DNA of 63,269 bases, filler included, from Choristocarpus tenellus KU-1152 (lineage: Eukaryota > Protista > Phaeophyceae), in NCBI GenBank assembly GCA_964200185.2. It is 11 parts of 11 records of this genome, joined end to end, with 100 filler letters (N's around TTAATTAATTAA, not from the genome) between each part and the next. Parts side by side here need not be neighbours in the genome. Positions count along the whole stretch, not along the records: positions 32,092 to 47,813 come from CAXNAD020000940.1; positions 47,914 to 53,170 come from CAXNAD020011340.1; 9 more parts are not named here. One strand, written 5' to 3'. Within the stretch, counting starts at the first letter, position 1; the number at the start of each line of letters is the position of its first letter. The position numbers and the translations under genes are program-made. Of this stretch, positions 36,227 through 51,000 are shown one piece after another. The notes beneath the pieces are model-generated. The model was not told the DNA's origin and did no database searches. It saw only the letters and a program-made list of their open reading frames with translations.

Positions 36227-36699
36227 ACATACTCCAGTAAAGCTTCCATTAGCAGTTATTTACTATATATAATCCTAAAAACTAGGTTAAAGAAGCTGAT
36301 GTCCCTAAGACTTGTGTATGCAAACTACTTAAATAATTCTTTGATGGGTTGAACAGGTTGTAGGTGAAGAACGGAAGGATAAAGAGGAGTGAGCTTTCAA
36401 GCTTAAAGGGGAGGGTCCTTGCCAAATCCATCCTATTCTGTGAATCACTAGTCAATAGTCACTATCACTAATCATAGATTACTTGGAAACAATTTTTCAT
36501 ACTCCTTAACTGATTCCATGTTCTAGTTCTTCACACCAAACCTATCTTCTATTCTTCAAAACACACATACGGAATCTTCCATCCTTAGATTGGTTCTTAA
36601 AATATCTACTTCTACAGAAAAATAAAAAGCATATTCTTGACACTCAGAAAAAATCAACCGACTTCTGTGGGACAGAACGTTTATGTTGTAAGAACAATT

Positions 36700-38255
36700 C
36701 TAAAGTCCGCGCTTGTGAATGACATGAATGTACGATTTCGGCATGCACCAGAACACTTAGAGAAAACGTATCCTTGCTCCTTCAATCAACAAAATCCTTT
36801 TTGAAGGGGACACAGGGATCGCCTTGCTATGGGTGTGCTCTTGGCAAGCATATCACCTTCCCATGTCTTGGACAACTTAGACTGGGAACACAACAAAGGT
36901 GGAGCATGTCACAAACATGGCTGGTCTGTAGGACATTGTCAGCAAGGAAAGGGCCATCAGCAGTTTGGTGCCAATTGTTGATTGCACAAGCAGTTGATTG
37001 GCATGAGAAGTTTGCACCCACAAAACAGGCGTCCACCTTGCGACTCGTTGTTACATTTGCATTGCGGCTTGGCTGGCCCACATCCATGGTTGATAGTGTG
37101 AAGGTATTCACTTTCACCAGGATTAGGTTCAGAAGTGGACTCTGAATGTGTGTGGTGTGTGAATCCAACAGTGAATTTGATGGGGCAGTGGGGAAACTGG
37201 ACAAGTCATGTATGGTGCTGCAAGGGTTTAAAGAACAGCAACTCTCTTCTGGTGGACACATTGCTGGAGAGGGCTGGAAGAATGTGAGACAATTTCTTGT
37301 TTTTTCTAGTGGATGAAGGAAATCACTTTGGAACTGAATATGCTGATCGATCTTCACGACATGCAGATGGTCAGTGATTGTCGCGAGCATGCCATTACCC
37401 TTGTCGTGGGACTCAACCAAAAGAGACATATTTATGTGTTGCCAGAAGAGGTGGGACCAGGAGCACAGGATTCTATGTACTGAAAAGGAAGTGTATGTGA
37501 AGAGCTTGGTGGAGGGGTAATGGGTTAAGGACATTCTTGAGCTTCACATTGTAACAAGTCCAAAGCTAGTGGTGGAAAGACAAAATTGGCAAGGGGTTTG
37601 GGGCAATGATTGGGGGGTCAATGTGGGCATTTTCCATCATGGCACGCCCGGACATTGCATCTATGGTGTGTACATTACCTACCCAATGTGTGAACCCCAC
37701 AGTTATGGACTGGAAGGTAGCAGAGCGGGTGATTGTTTATCTATTAGGGACTTGTAGTTGGGGATTGATTTATGGGGATCGCATCTACTTCAGGATGATA
37801 TTCAGAAAGCTCGATTGAATATTGAATTTGGAGATGTAGAATGTGTAACAGCGTAACTAAAAGATTTTATGTACATGATGATGGTGAGTTGTTTGGCCAG
37901 TGCACGTAGCATTAGGTGGTCTAGGGTGCAGAACAAGAGTGACTCTGTCCACTACAGAGGCTGAGTATGTCTCACTGTGATCTTGCCTAAGTGGTAATGT
38001 TATTGTACCAAGTGCAAGTCTTTGTTGAGTCATAACCAGGGAAGTATCGTATACAGCTCTTTGAGAATAACAATGAGGCAATCAAGGCAAACACACACAT
38101 ATATGAGATATCATCATGCGAGGAATTTGGGACTAGATCAGAATATTAATGCTAGGTATATGCGTACTGCATATCAGCAGACTGACTTGCTCACGAAAAC
38201 TATGGGAAGAGAGAGATCTGAAATTCATGCAAGTACTTGCACCACCAAAGCTTGA
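36700..38255 (+). mobile_element. Highly degenerate Copia relic (pre-integrase to RNase H)
   Basis: CYGCALGKH, ARPDIA...NPTVMDWKVAERVIVYL, VTLSTTEAEY, MRYHHAR...QQTDLLTK. Confidence 0.75.
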
Positions 38256-39369
38256 TGTGGCATTTTATGTTGTTTTTGGAACATGGCAAGGAATATGACC
38301 GAGTGCTAGTCATAAGAAACAGCAATTACTTCGCATTCAGGGCAGGGGAATGCATCGAAATTACTGACTAAACACTTGAGCGATTACTGGATAGCAATTA
38401 TATGAGTGCAATATAGGGTGTGATGTAAGGAATCATTATCCTTGTGTCATGTTCAGGGTTAGGACTTACATAATATGATGGATAAATGAGATGATCCTAT
38501 CCTACCCAACTATTTCACTCTGAAGGATGTTTCCAAAGAGTGGCTGTTATCACAATCACTGCAATATTGTTTTTTTTTCAATGCGCATCACTTCATTATA
38601 AAAAGGGCTAAGACCAACAAGGAGACCGACCCCCTACAGTCTACTGACTTCATATATGTACTGGGGAGGAGAGATTTCACCTTGGCACAGGCGCTCCGCT
38701 TGCCACCATGTCATCAAGGTAACCGGCCAGACTTTCCACAAAGGTGTTCATCTCATCCATCGATAGATGCCAGAGGCGGTGGATCAAAGACCAGTTTGCA
38801 AGCACTACGTCAGGGGCAAACTGGCATTGGAAGTGATCAACAACACAAACATGCAACGGCAAAAAAAGGTGCGCATGGCATTAGCAGAGGTTGCGGAGGA
38901 GGGCGGAAGGGTGTGAGAGGAGGCAAGAAAAAGTAGCTTGATAAGACTTCAAGGCTCTTGCTCTACAATTTTACTTATGGGAGTATCGATGCTATGCAAT
39001 TAGGTGGATTTGTTACCATCTGTTCACAACCCCTAAAGGCAAATACAAACAACTTCAGAATTGTTTTTGCAAGGTTTGCTTTTCTACTCTGAAACAACTG
39101 TGAATTCAAATTATGTGTGATGGAACAGCAGAAAATCGCACGTAGCCTCTAAGGGTCATGTCCCTGAGGACAGGGGTAATGGAAGGGCAATGAACGTGCT
39201 TCAACGTATGCTACCTTTGAAGCAAGTATCACGGCCCTATTTATTACAGCTTGCAATGGAGGAATTGACCTTCAAACAATTCAAGCGGTGGAATCCTTGT
39301 CAGAACCTGTCTGGGATAGTCTACTCATTGTCACTGTCCCCATCCATTGACTAGTACAATGCATTTCAG

Positions 39370-40480
39370 TAGGTGTGGGTATCAAATTCGACACATGTAG
39401 GCAGCTTCCCAACTCTCTTATTGCTACCAGTGCGTTCCAATTTGAGACGGTGGTCCTCAAGATGCTTGAGGGCTGCATTATATACCCTGAATAGACTTTG
39501 CCTAGCCCCATCCTCTGTTCCAACATCATCTGTTGTGTACTCGGCACAGAAGAATTCCTTCCCAGACTTCCTAAGTACGACTCGCAGGGGGTACGTCAAA
39601 CTCTGCACTGCAGTTACGCAAAAAAAACAATTTCTTGATGTTAAGATCTGGCGAATGCGTAAGTAATGTCAAAAGTAGACCATCCATCGAGCTCCCTGAT
39701 CTTTCTCTCTAGAAGTCTTGAATCCTTTTTGGAGGGATTGCTCCATCCTGCAGAGCAACGACATGTTATCAATGCATAAACAGCATCTTGTGCTCGACCT
39801 GAGGGAGCAACTTCAAGATCTGCGCCACTCTACAGCAAAGGTTGCACCACAGCTTCTCTGGACCTCTTTTAGCACATAAATGCACCATATGATAAGCTTG
39901 CAATAGATAGTGAGGGTTGGGTGGGATGTGCATTGGACATTATGACCATCTAGTGATGCGGTACTTATGCTCCGCATGCGGAACTGCCTGCATCTCCACC
40001 TCAGACAAACAGGTCATCTTTTCACCCGTCATAGGTGTGCATAGAACCAGGGCTCGTACACGTTCATGGCATCCAGTATTTCTTTGTATGTGCTCAGCTA
40101 TCCACAAACAAGTTGATTCCATGCGCCCTGTGGTTGTGACTGAGGGAAGATATTAGTCACCTATCCTTGTCCATAGTCCCCACAACCGTCAACCTACAAG
40201 CGAAAATCTTGCTAGAGTTATCCGTGTGAGCATTCTGCAGTCGAACAGGTAGACTCCCAGATATGATGCGTAAATCAGAATTGAATGACTTGCTCACAGC
40301 CTCAATCAAGGAATGTTGTCTACCCGTAAAACACGAAACTTCACGACCTGTTCTGCAACGTTGTCTTCTACACCTTCACTGTATAGGGAGAAACACCAAA
40401 CTCTGCAGCAAGTGCAAAGCTACCTCGGGTGGCAATCCCCTACAACCTTTTCACACATTGGACAAACCAATTCTGATTTG
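39370..40480 (-). pseudogene. Third degenerate plant-type mariner (DD39D-like) transposase
   Basis: Minus strand: AAEFGVSPYTVK (HTH), DAMNVYEPWFY (like HVDEKWFY), KLIIWCI...VQRS (like GKIGIWP...AQRS), SPDLN at ~39640-39654, and QSLFRVYNAAL C-terminus. Confidence 0.7.
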
Positions 40481-40583
40481 TCGTGTTCATATCCATTTCC
40501 GAAAAACAATGGTCGTTTCTGTCATAAATCTGAGTTGTGCATGTTGGTGCACATCAACACAAGTCCAAGATTTAGGAGTTAAT

Positions 40584-40760
40584 GGCAAAAGGTATCTGGG
40601 GGGCTCTACATCAAGGTGTCCATTTGGGCCATAACCAGGAGAAGTGCATTTACTTTTAACCATCCAACTTATGGAAAAAAATCACCCAAAAATCGCAACA
40701 TGAAAAAATTGACCGCAAATGGACAGCCGCCACTCCGCCCTCCCCCCGATACTTTGAGCC
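40584..40760 (+). mobile_element. MITE family A
   Basis: ggcaaaaggtatctgggg...ccccgatactttgagcc. Confidence 0.8.
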
Positions 40761-42855
40761 ACTTTCATTTGTGGATCTCAATCACTTACACCCATTCAGA
40801 TTTACAGGGCTTTGACACAAATCAACTGATAACAAAGACGATATGTTGAAAAATCAAAACACTGTTATTCATACAACTTGTTCTTTCAACAAATCATTGT
40901 TAAGGGATTCAACTTAATCCATTTGTATCAATAAATCGATTGTCCATATTATGCAAGGAGGATAGTGATACCTAAAACCATTTGTGTATTTTTCATGGAC
41001 AGTTGTTATAAACACAAGGGTGATTTGTGGTAAAAGATTCCTGAGTAGGAAATATATGCACATGTTTTTTTTCTTCTGTTTTGCGAAGCATAAATGAATT
41101 ATATAATGATTTTTTCCAACATGTTGAAGCGCTTGGGTTGCTCTGTGACATGTGCTGGGATTCATTTGTTCCTTGGAATCCCGTTTCAAACGAAAAATCA
41201 GAAATTTATTTATTTCGCGAAAAATTGAGTATTGACTTTAATGTTGGACCAACCATCAATATCTTCTTGCTTCTACTATTTACAAAACTTACAGTTAAGT
41301 TCTGCTGAATGACAACCTTTAGGTTGTGCAGCCTATATCGTGCAAAAGACCCCTTACCTTTGGGACACACGGGGGATACATGTTGCAGAAAGCGAAAGTT
41401 CTGAAGTATGCAAGAGAATACATGTAACAAGCGATAAGTGATTTAATATTCTGCACACCCCACCTGTTTTATGTATTTCACAAAAGGTTGACCATCCGCT
41501 GCGGGCGATGCTCCCAGCCCACAATAAGACGTGCCAGACACCTCATCATGCCCATAGTAGCCAGACAAGATTCCTTTACTACACCCTTTACCCACAAAGA
41601 ATACCAGATTTGAAATAATGCAAATCGATGGATGAGATAAAGGGAAGACAAGATTACTGGGTGAGATCTGAGACAAGGAGAGAAGAGAGGAGTAACTTAC
41701 AACAAGATACTCAGGGGGAAAGGAGGGAAAAGAATAGCATCATATGGCAGTGAATGAAGCCATCCATTTGTCTGTGAGGGTGTGACAGAACCAAAAGCAA
41801 GGTATCACTCACCTGCTGAAATTCCCGCTTCCACTTGCAGTTCTGTAGATTTATAACCATACCATTCTTCCATATTGTATGGCAGCCACAAAGCACTATG
41901 GTCTCTTCTTCCCGTGTAAATCATGCTGTCCCATACATGTGGTTTTCCCACACGACCGTGTCAAATATATTGGATCCACGAGACAGAAAAACGCGGCAGA
42001 AAATAGTTGATACAATTCGATGAGGAAAAAATCATTTGAGATTGCAGAATGGTTGTTTATTTTATGGGGGTTTGGGCAGGAGGGAATAAGAGGATGACTC
42101 AAAAACACAATAGTAAATGAATCAACTTGCATACAATGATCAACAACGCCATTAACCATCACTTTCCCTACAGTATCACCAAGTAAACGTGTACTCTACT
42201 CAAGAAAAGAAATGTAAATATAGTAAAAAAATATTTTCTCAGCAAGGCGGTGTGTGTGGTGGGGTTCCCCTGCAGGAGAGGAACATAACAAAACAATCAT
42301 GTTCGCACTGAGAAAGTGTGATAAAATCCCTCCCTTAATCAATGAAATATATTTACTGCTTGACGTTGCTTCAGTTGCCGATCTTCACAATAAACTAACT
42401 TTCAACTGGAGAGTTTCAATAACTGGGCGACTTTGCTCTCCTCCCTTGCACCTTCTTAGGTTTTTTACTTCCCTACTATGTCACCAACTGATGGATGTGG
42501 ACAAGTGGAAATTTCCTGACTCATCCAATAAGCAGTCACCCAAAAGATACTACACATACATTTCTTCAATTAAAAATGCTGCCATCTTAAGTGGGATAGG
42601 TGTTCGTCAAGTGAATATTATCAATTCGAAATTATTAGTCGCCCACTCAATGACGTAACTGCCCATATAGCAATTTTGATTGTTAGTTCAAACAGGTGAT
42701 ACTGATGTGGGATATGGCTTCACTGCTTGAATATTGATTCAAAAGCTTTCTCATCTAGAAATAATTACGCACTCTTGTTCTTTGAGCAGGCAAATCTGGA
42801 AAAATATCCAAGGGATTGTATTTAGATCTTGGAAATGCCCACTACATTTACAAAC

Positions 42856-43096
42856 AAGTGAAAGTAACTTAGAGTGTACGAGTATTGCCTTGTGTGTCCA
42901 TTTGGGGCTTGGCTGCCCATGTTTTTTTACGACATTTACTTACTCCAAAATGTATTGGAGTAGGTAAAATGTATTTGTTATGAAAATGGATGTTGATACT
43001 TCCTAACAAACACAATGACCAAAATTACATCAAATTGCAACATCGGATTTGTGTCCCAAAATGGATGTCGGTCTACCCTCTACGATACTTAGGCTC
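42856..43096 (-). mobile_element. MITE family B
   Basis: aagtgaaagtaacttagagtgtacgag ... taccctctacgatacttaggctc, flanked by AAC/AAC. Confidence 0.85.
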
Positions 43097-45038
43097 AACA
43101 ACTACTTCTATTCTTGAACATCACTAGCGATGCTAGGACTTGAAATGCTGATCTGATGAATAGTACCAAAAAACCTATGAATTCGACAACCACAATGAAT
43201 TGGGCAATACGTATCACCATTAATACCCATAAAGATAACTCGGTCCTCAGCTTTTTTCTCATCTACCTTTACAGGCCTCAATACCAAGAATGTACAGGAA
43301 TAGACTGCAACAATGGCAATCATGATATGGCAAAAAATGCAGGGGAAGGTTTAGGTATAGGTGTATATTGTACTTCTACAAGTATGATAAAGCTCCCCAT
43401 CTTAAGGGACACGAATGTAACTCACACACCATATTTTTGTTGCAAGTCATTCGATAAAACACACTGGTCACTTCACATCTAGACAAAATCAGGGACCGGG
43501 CCTACTTGGGTTAAAGCACAGATCACCAAACCCTTGACCCAGCACAATAACCTGACACAAACCTCCACATTTGTCCTCCTGATAAAGGGAAATGGGAAAC
43601 TGGAAAATTATAACTGGTTTGACCTCATGATCTCAGACATTACTTTAGTGAGATACCATTACAACACACATGTGGATCTTGCAAGCAACGAATACCTCAA
43701 TATATTATGTTGCATCTCAACACCTTGGTTGGAAAAGGATATGTAGTGTCCTGCCTTCGATGATAAATGTTTCCCCCCCTATTCCTTGATGCCAAGACTT
43801 TGTGGGGGCATATCTCACTATCAACATGTTTGGATTAGTCTACCTCTATCGGGTCACTCTGATTCAGTCCAAAACATCCACCTGTTGACACTTCTTGTTA
43901 CCTTGGAGCTAGGCAAACAAAACTAAAGTCAGTTGATCAATTGACATGTCTTTCATTTCACATCAAGCCCCATCTCTATAATCTTTATGTTTGGTTGGGT
44001 CATCGGACTAAAGAAAAAGCCCAAAAATAAAATGGAATGCAAAAAACTCTTCCCAAATAGTAACGAAAAAGAACCCAACCATGATGGTTGGGCAGAAAGT
44101 CATACTTGAGATGTTTTCTCAACTACTTACAGGAGGAAAAGGAAACTCCAAAGAAAGCACTATTGTTGAGAGCTACATTTTTAGAAGTGACATTCATTAG
44201 ACGTGTCTCAAGCGCATATGCCATTTTCTCACGTATTTTCTTAGGCTTTGTTACGTTTTGTAAATAATTAATCATCAGCTCATCTTGCCATTGTTCAAAT
44301 ATAAGTAATATTTCTTTTGGATGACCGGTCAGGGTCTATCCTGAGTCTAATGGGATGATGGACTGATTATCCAAGGATCAGGTTAGAGAATAGATAGATC
44401 CCAGACCTCCTACATTATGAATATCTGAGATATACCACTACATACCACTAAAGTGTGGTGGTCCCTTGGTGACTGATTTAGCAAGACCTTGGCAAGGGAG
44501 TGGAAGACCTGTACCACCTCCCACAGTGGGACAAGTGCCTCAGTAGATCATCTATTTTAAATATTTACAGTGGGAGGATAAATGCATGCTATGGTATTGA
44601 CCAGCAGGAACTAAAGGGAAACCACGAATATGAGACGATCAATCAGAGGTTAACTGGATATTAGTGCATCATGATTGAGCAAGTTAGTGCTGTAGTCCCT
44701 TGTTTTTGTCGAAATATGATGATTCCACCATAGAATCAAGGCACCTGTCTCACACAAGACCAGTGCCTTTATTGTGTAGTTGTACTTCAGTAACATTGTC
44801 ATCCACAGGCGTCAGCAAATATGGCAAGCCACTCTGGCATGTACACTACAGAATGAATACAGAACTTTGTTTCAATGACATTTAAGAATGCTACTGAAAG
44901 CAAGAAATCAACTAAAATAGCTAGGAACAAAGAAAAGAGAATAAAAAGGGTCAACCAAACATAATAGGCTTACAATCTTGCTCTTACTTGTTAAAATCAA
45001 AATGGTCTTGTCGGACATACACACACTATCAAGGCTTA

Positions 45039-47660
45039 CCTGTCACCAAAGTCAAAAAACCGTGTAACATTCTTTTCTTGAAGGCATTGGATTCGGTCCA
45101 CAGTATTCATTATGTCATAACGGCAGTCGTAGGGCTGCCACACATACGGGTCGGGGTTGCTGTTAACCCCGTAACTTGTCCCCTTCCAGTACACCTGCTC
45201 TAAAAAACAAAGCTCTGATACCTGATTCAGAAGAAGCCCCAAAGTGTTATAAGAGGTATCCATATTATCCACATTCCGGATGTGCCAATGAGGTTACCGT
45301 AGTTAGTAGATTACAGTGGGGTGGAGACATTGGGTTTGACATACGGGGCTTGGAAAAAGTGCCAAGCTTGCAATGACAGAAAAGCATGTCCTGGTCCATA
45401 GGTATTGGTCTTTGCTGGTAGAGTAAGACGCTTACTCTGGGTAAAGACTTGTGGATGTATTAACTCTGAATATACCTCATCCAGCTGTGTATGAAGGTAC
45501 AAATCTTGCAGAGTGAATTGAATGCAAAAAGAGGGGGCAACACTTGTCCAATTAAAACTATAAAACACGATGTAACAGGGCTGTTTGATGTACGAGAAGA
45601 AAATTCTTAGTCATGTGTGTGTCAAGTACTGACTATCTACTGCTGTACTACTCCTGCCTTTTCCTTTGTGGCAAAAGTTGTGTATATTATTTACACAAAA
45701 GGATTCATCTTACATGATGCTGATAGCAGAAATGTGATGGAATGTGGTATAGGTTGGAATTGTTTAACACGATATCGACAGTAAGACTATGATGGAAAAT
45801 GTGATAGCTTGATACTTCAATAATACCACAGAATACTTAACGTTTAGAAAGCTCTTCTCAGTTCAATTGCATTATAGACAAAGTGTTGAACACGACGTGA
45901 ATGAAATTGACAATCTCGAATGGTAATCACTAGAGGAAAAAGCAGACTTAGTTGAACATTTTGCGGGGCAAAACACCGTATACGAAAACACCCCAATACA
46001 AGGACCAATTTGTTTGAAAAGCAATGTAACCGAGGGATCCACTATTAAGAGCAAGGATGAATTCATCTTTATTGCACCATCTACTGTCACGGCATTGTTA
46101 AATGTCACAGAATGAGAGAAAGTACGCATATACAACAGAGCACAGGCACAGCAAAAAAATCAAAATACCAGACACATTTACTTTGCACTATTTGTATGGC
46201 ATTTATATAATCTTATTACATTTGAGATATTATATTGGTTTTTGAAGAAATGATCAGAAGATTATTCGTAACAATCAATAGTGGTGAAAGAGAGTGGAAA
46301 ACACAAGCGTCTGAGACTGGTCAATTGTCAATTCCAGGAAGAAATCGATCCGATCCAATCTCCCCAACAGTACTGGGGATAAAAAAAGATCCACGTAACT
46401 CTTTTTTATTCCACTCTCATTCAGTAACTTTGGAAAGAATGCAGATGCACATTCCTATGAAATACTGCAATAACACTGAACCACAAGAGCAGTGAGTCAT
46501 GACTACTGGGAACATTTTAATTTACACGACTCACTATCACATGACTCACTGCTCTCGTGGTAAAGCGGTAGTGTCAATTTTCGTATCTTCCCTTGAGCCT
46601 TTTCTGTACCCTTATCTAACAAATATTCTATCTTTATGTTGTGCAGACTCAGAAAAGTATCCTGTGATACTGGGCCTAGGACCCACGACCTCCGATTCTT
46701 GTGAAATATTGATAGATCCATATATTAACAGGGCAGTAAGTTGCCGGTCATGACGGACATGACTGCTGTTGGCATAAGAGCCAAAGTATCTTAGAAGGTA
46801 GAGCCGTGCCCAATTGGGTGTCAAAATCCAACGCTGTGATTTTGATGTAATTTTGGCTTTGTGTTTGTTCGGAAGTGTCCATATCCTTGTTCGGACACAC
46901 CTTTTCATAATGTATACATAGTACCTACTCCGAGACATTTAGGATTAGGAAAATGTAACAAAAAACTCATGGAGACCCAAGCCCCAAATGGACAAACAGG
47001 GAAAAACTCACACCCTCTAAGACACTTTCACTCATAAAGCATTTATCAGTATCTAACACTTCCACAGCGAGACCACTTCAGGCACTTGTATATCTTCTAT
47101 GTAAACAAATAAGAACACACACACGGCATTGAGGTGGAAACTTCAGCGGAAAAGTCAAGAACATGCCGCATTAATTGTTGTACGGATCACATCCCATAAC
47201 CACACCTCATGTGTATCAGCACTTTCTGTACTGGTACCACACTCACCACAGTTCCGAAGACATTTGGGTCATAATCAAAGAAACCAGTATGTCCCTTGTT
47301 TTCAAGCATGGTTGAAGTTTTGTTCCAATGGCAATCGAGGTCCTGAGAGCTCACCCAACGACCCTTGTGAAGCAAGTTGTCACTTTTAATTCAAGTAGTG
47401 TGTATCAGTTTCGAGTTTGCGGGGGAGGGGAACAGAGTCATTGATACAACAAAAGGTATATTTAGATTGGAAAAAGGGTACAACAGAAGAATATATCGCT
47501 TTTTCTCATCTTCAAATGGAAGGGGTGAGAGGCGGCTTACCAAATACAAAATTGTCAGCATCAGTGGAACGGTATGACTGACCCATCTGGAAAATAACCT
47601 GATGGTATGGAACATTGAATATGTACCGTCATCAGTATGTGTATATTTTGTTGGTATATC
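45039..47660 (-). pseudogene. NXPE/PC-esterase-like exons (Ig-like plus WxPxxC/GDS region), apparently partly disrupted
   Basis: THTDDGTYSMF (~47630), HKGRWV (~47360) and YVWQPYDCRYDIMNTVDRIQCLQEKNVTRFFDFGD followed by a GTAAG donor (~45039-45200). I could not build a stop-free model; more exon-like pieces lie at 40900-43300. Confidence 0.5.
46778..47033 (+). mobile_element. MITE family B, full length (256 bp)
   Basis: gagccaaagtatcttagaaggta ... caccctctaagacactttcactc. Confidence 0.92.
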
Positions 47661-48041
47661 TTGCAACATCATACCAATCTGCCAAACCCCCCACATGCAA
47701 CGATTGTACACTTGTGTCTGTTGCCATCGTCTGAATTTAGAGTTCGAGAGTCATACCCCACGTATTTTGAAATATCATACATAAATCGGAAAACCAAAGC
47801 TTCAAGTATCTGTNNNNNNNNNNNNNNNNNNNNNNNNNNNNNNNNNNNNNNNNNNNNTTAATTAATTAANNNNNNNNNNNNNNNNNNNNNNNNNNNNNNN
47901 NNNNNNNNNNNNNAAGAAAATGGAGAATACCGCATGCAGGACATACAGAGCCTCGCCCCCCCCCCCCCTCCCGAATGTCCTTGCTATAAAATATCCCCAA
48001 ACATCCCCATACACCTCATTGGGTGTTCTTATTGCGGAAAG

Positions 48042-51000
48042 GGTGATTCTACCAATGGTGCTGAAGCGCTACAAGCATGTTCAGGAGCCATCTCCGAGTA
48101 CTCCCCCTAAGGGCGCCAAGGGCTCATCTGACAGCATAGGGCAACTTGGTCCAGGGGGAGTGTCAAGGGCAACCCGTAGTCATCGCTCAGTGATTGTTCC
48201 TCATCGCCTGGACTTTTCTAACTTCATTGTCAACAAAGGGGCGGGGGAGGTCAGTGCAAGAGTTTCCTACCCTAAAGAGGATTGAATTATCACAGTCCAT
48301 TTTTGTTTCGTTGATGGACAACAGCACACCCCCCCAACCCCCTTGAGAATTTCAAATTCATATCAAGCTTTATCATCACATCTTTTGTTGTTGTTGTCGT
48401 TGTTGTTGTTACTTGTTTGGCCTGCCCCCTTGCAATTCCAGTGGAATAGTGAGCTCTCCTGCACTTCTTAATGCAAGAGTTACCATGCAGACCCACACAC
48501 CCCCTCCACCGCTTTTGTGTTTTGTGTCTCACCAAGTCGGCCCCTACGTTTCTGGGCCTAACGTTGGAATAATATATTTTTTTTTGTTTTTTTTTGTTGA
48601 TATGTATACTTCTTGTGCTTGTTGTTGACAGGGGCAACACGACGCGGGCCGCTTTGTTCTGGTCCTTCGGTCAGCAGTGTGTCATGTGGGAGGTGACAGC
48701 CTTGACAGGGGCCACTACGTTGCCTACACTGCGGATAGGTACACTGCTGCCCAGGGAGGAGAAATGGTGTCCTCAGCAACGGCAATGGCCTCAGCAGGGG
48801 ATAGGGGGAGGGGAGGGGACATGAAGGGTGGGAGTCCAGGAGCTGGAGGTTCTGTACTGGAGGGAGCGAAGGGGGGGAGGTCAATGGGTGATTCTGGACG
48901 AGTGGAAGAGACTAAGAAAGGAGGTTTTCAGGAATCGTGAGAAATATAGTGCTGTAGGGGGGGGGGGCTGTCTGGGGATGCTCTGCTTTGTATTTTGTTG
49001 TGTGTTTTATGTGTGAGCTTTTTGAATCAAATGCAATGGTGTACACCTAGCGAACTACTGGGTCTCTCTCTCTTCTTTTAAATCCGAAGGAAAATTGCGT
49101 CTGATCTGTATCTGGGAATTGTACCTAGTCCCCTCTTCTTGCAGTGCACACATGATTTTTTGGTGCATCAATGGTACCGTTCTAAGAGTAACTCACTTAG
49201 AGCAATCGCGCTAGCTTAGCTGCAGTACACAAACGACCAAACTGTGGAACGCTTTGTGTTCTTCCATTTTTGTACTCCCCCTTCCCAACTCTGCTCAAGA
49301 AGTCATGCCTAGGCAGTCGGTGTCCCTGAACCTTGGGTGGTTACCTTGGGTGCTTCTTGTCTGAGAACCTTTCTCAACTCACGTCTTGTTGGAGATTGTT
49401 TTTGTACGCACTGTGATGCCTAGAAGAGCAATCAGAAGTTTGAGTTTTTTTTTTCTGTTTTTGTACTTTTCTGTATCAATTCAAACAGAGATGCAGTAAG
49501 GACGGAGGACCGGGATGGGAGGAGGGATATAGAGCCGGTTGACATTTCGAGTGCTGCTGGAATGGGTGCGCATGGAGCCAGGGGCAGGGGAGAAGGTGTG
49601 GATGGCTTGGGGAGGGAAGGTGGAACGGAGTGGCTGAGATTGGATGACCTGCACAAAGATCCTGGGGGGAAGGGGTTTGTTAGGAGGGTGGATGGCGTGC
49701 CTGGTGGTGGACGACTCCTGAGGTGAGGGTGAAGGCAATTGTCAGGGTTGTTAGATTATCTTTTGTCAAGATTATGCTTGACTGTTTGTGAGTATAAGAT
49801 GTGAAATCATATTTTTATGTACGTATAGATGATGATGCGGGACATTCGGGATATTTAGGGTTAGGGTATTTGACCAGAAGCAATTTGGCGGAATGTTAGA
49901 GTCAGAGTGTTCCTAACATGTACTAGAGAACAGTTGAGTCATTTGGTATTCTGAGTCATTTACTTTAAGTCTTGGTGAGCCCCATCTGGTGATGGTGTCT
50001 CACTCTCTCCTCAACTTTGATACAAGCTAAAATCCTATTTAGTAACTACGAAAGCATGATTGTAAGGGGTAGTGAGCAGATCGAGATCATTCGATTCTTT
50101 CTGCATGGACAGAGCAGGGTAGTGTATCAAGATCAAGATTTTGGATGTTCTAAGATCAGACCCCTTAATGTACCAACTTTCTTTGTGGATATTCAAAAGC
50201 TTTGGCGACCTAGTTCCCCGCAAGCAAAACATGCTATACCCAGAAACAGGTGCTGCATCAATGGTAGGGACATTAGGAGAGTCTGGCATCTGACTAGTGT
50301 CCCTGCGATTGATGCAACACCTGTTTCTGACTCTGACTAATGCCCCTACCATTGATGCAACACCTGTTTCTGGGTATAGCATGTTTTGCTTGCAGGGAAC
50401 TAGGTCACCAAAGCTTTGAATGTCCACAAAAAAAGTTGGTGCATTAAGGGGTCTGATCTTAGAACATCCAAAATCCTGACACACTACCCCTTATTCACAG
50501 TGAATGATAGTTCTAGAGTGAAATTCAAAAACGTTACCACTCAAAGTCTTCGTAGACAAATCTCCTTTCATGTTGTTCACCTGAGTTTACGTATACCATC
50601 TGTATCTTCCCCTCCAACAAGTTCCGTACATAATGATATCTAATATATGTACGTTTTTCCCTACCCCTTGTAGCTGTCTTCTCAGCCAACTTGATTGCTC
50701 CACTAATGTCTTCAAGTAATCGTACACAATACTTGTGCATAGTTGGCTCCAGAAACAACTGGACTTGTTGCAAAAACGTAACCTCCTTTGCTAAATCACA
50801 CAACGACACTTGGTCAGCCTCACTGGTAGATGAAGTAACAATCCTCTCCTTTCGAGACCACCAGCTCACACATGCACCCCCAAACATTACCGCGCCACCA
50901 GACACAGAAAATCTTGAAATCTCACAATTGGCATGGTCTGCATCAGTCCAGCCAATGAGTTGGTCCCTAGATGCATCACCACAACAAGTGAAATCACCAA

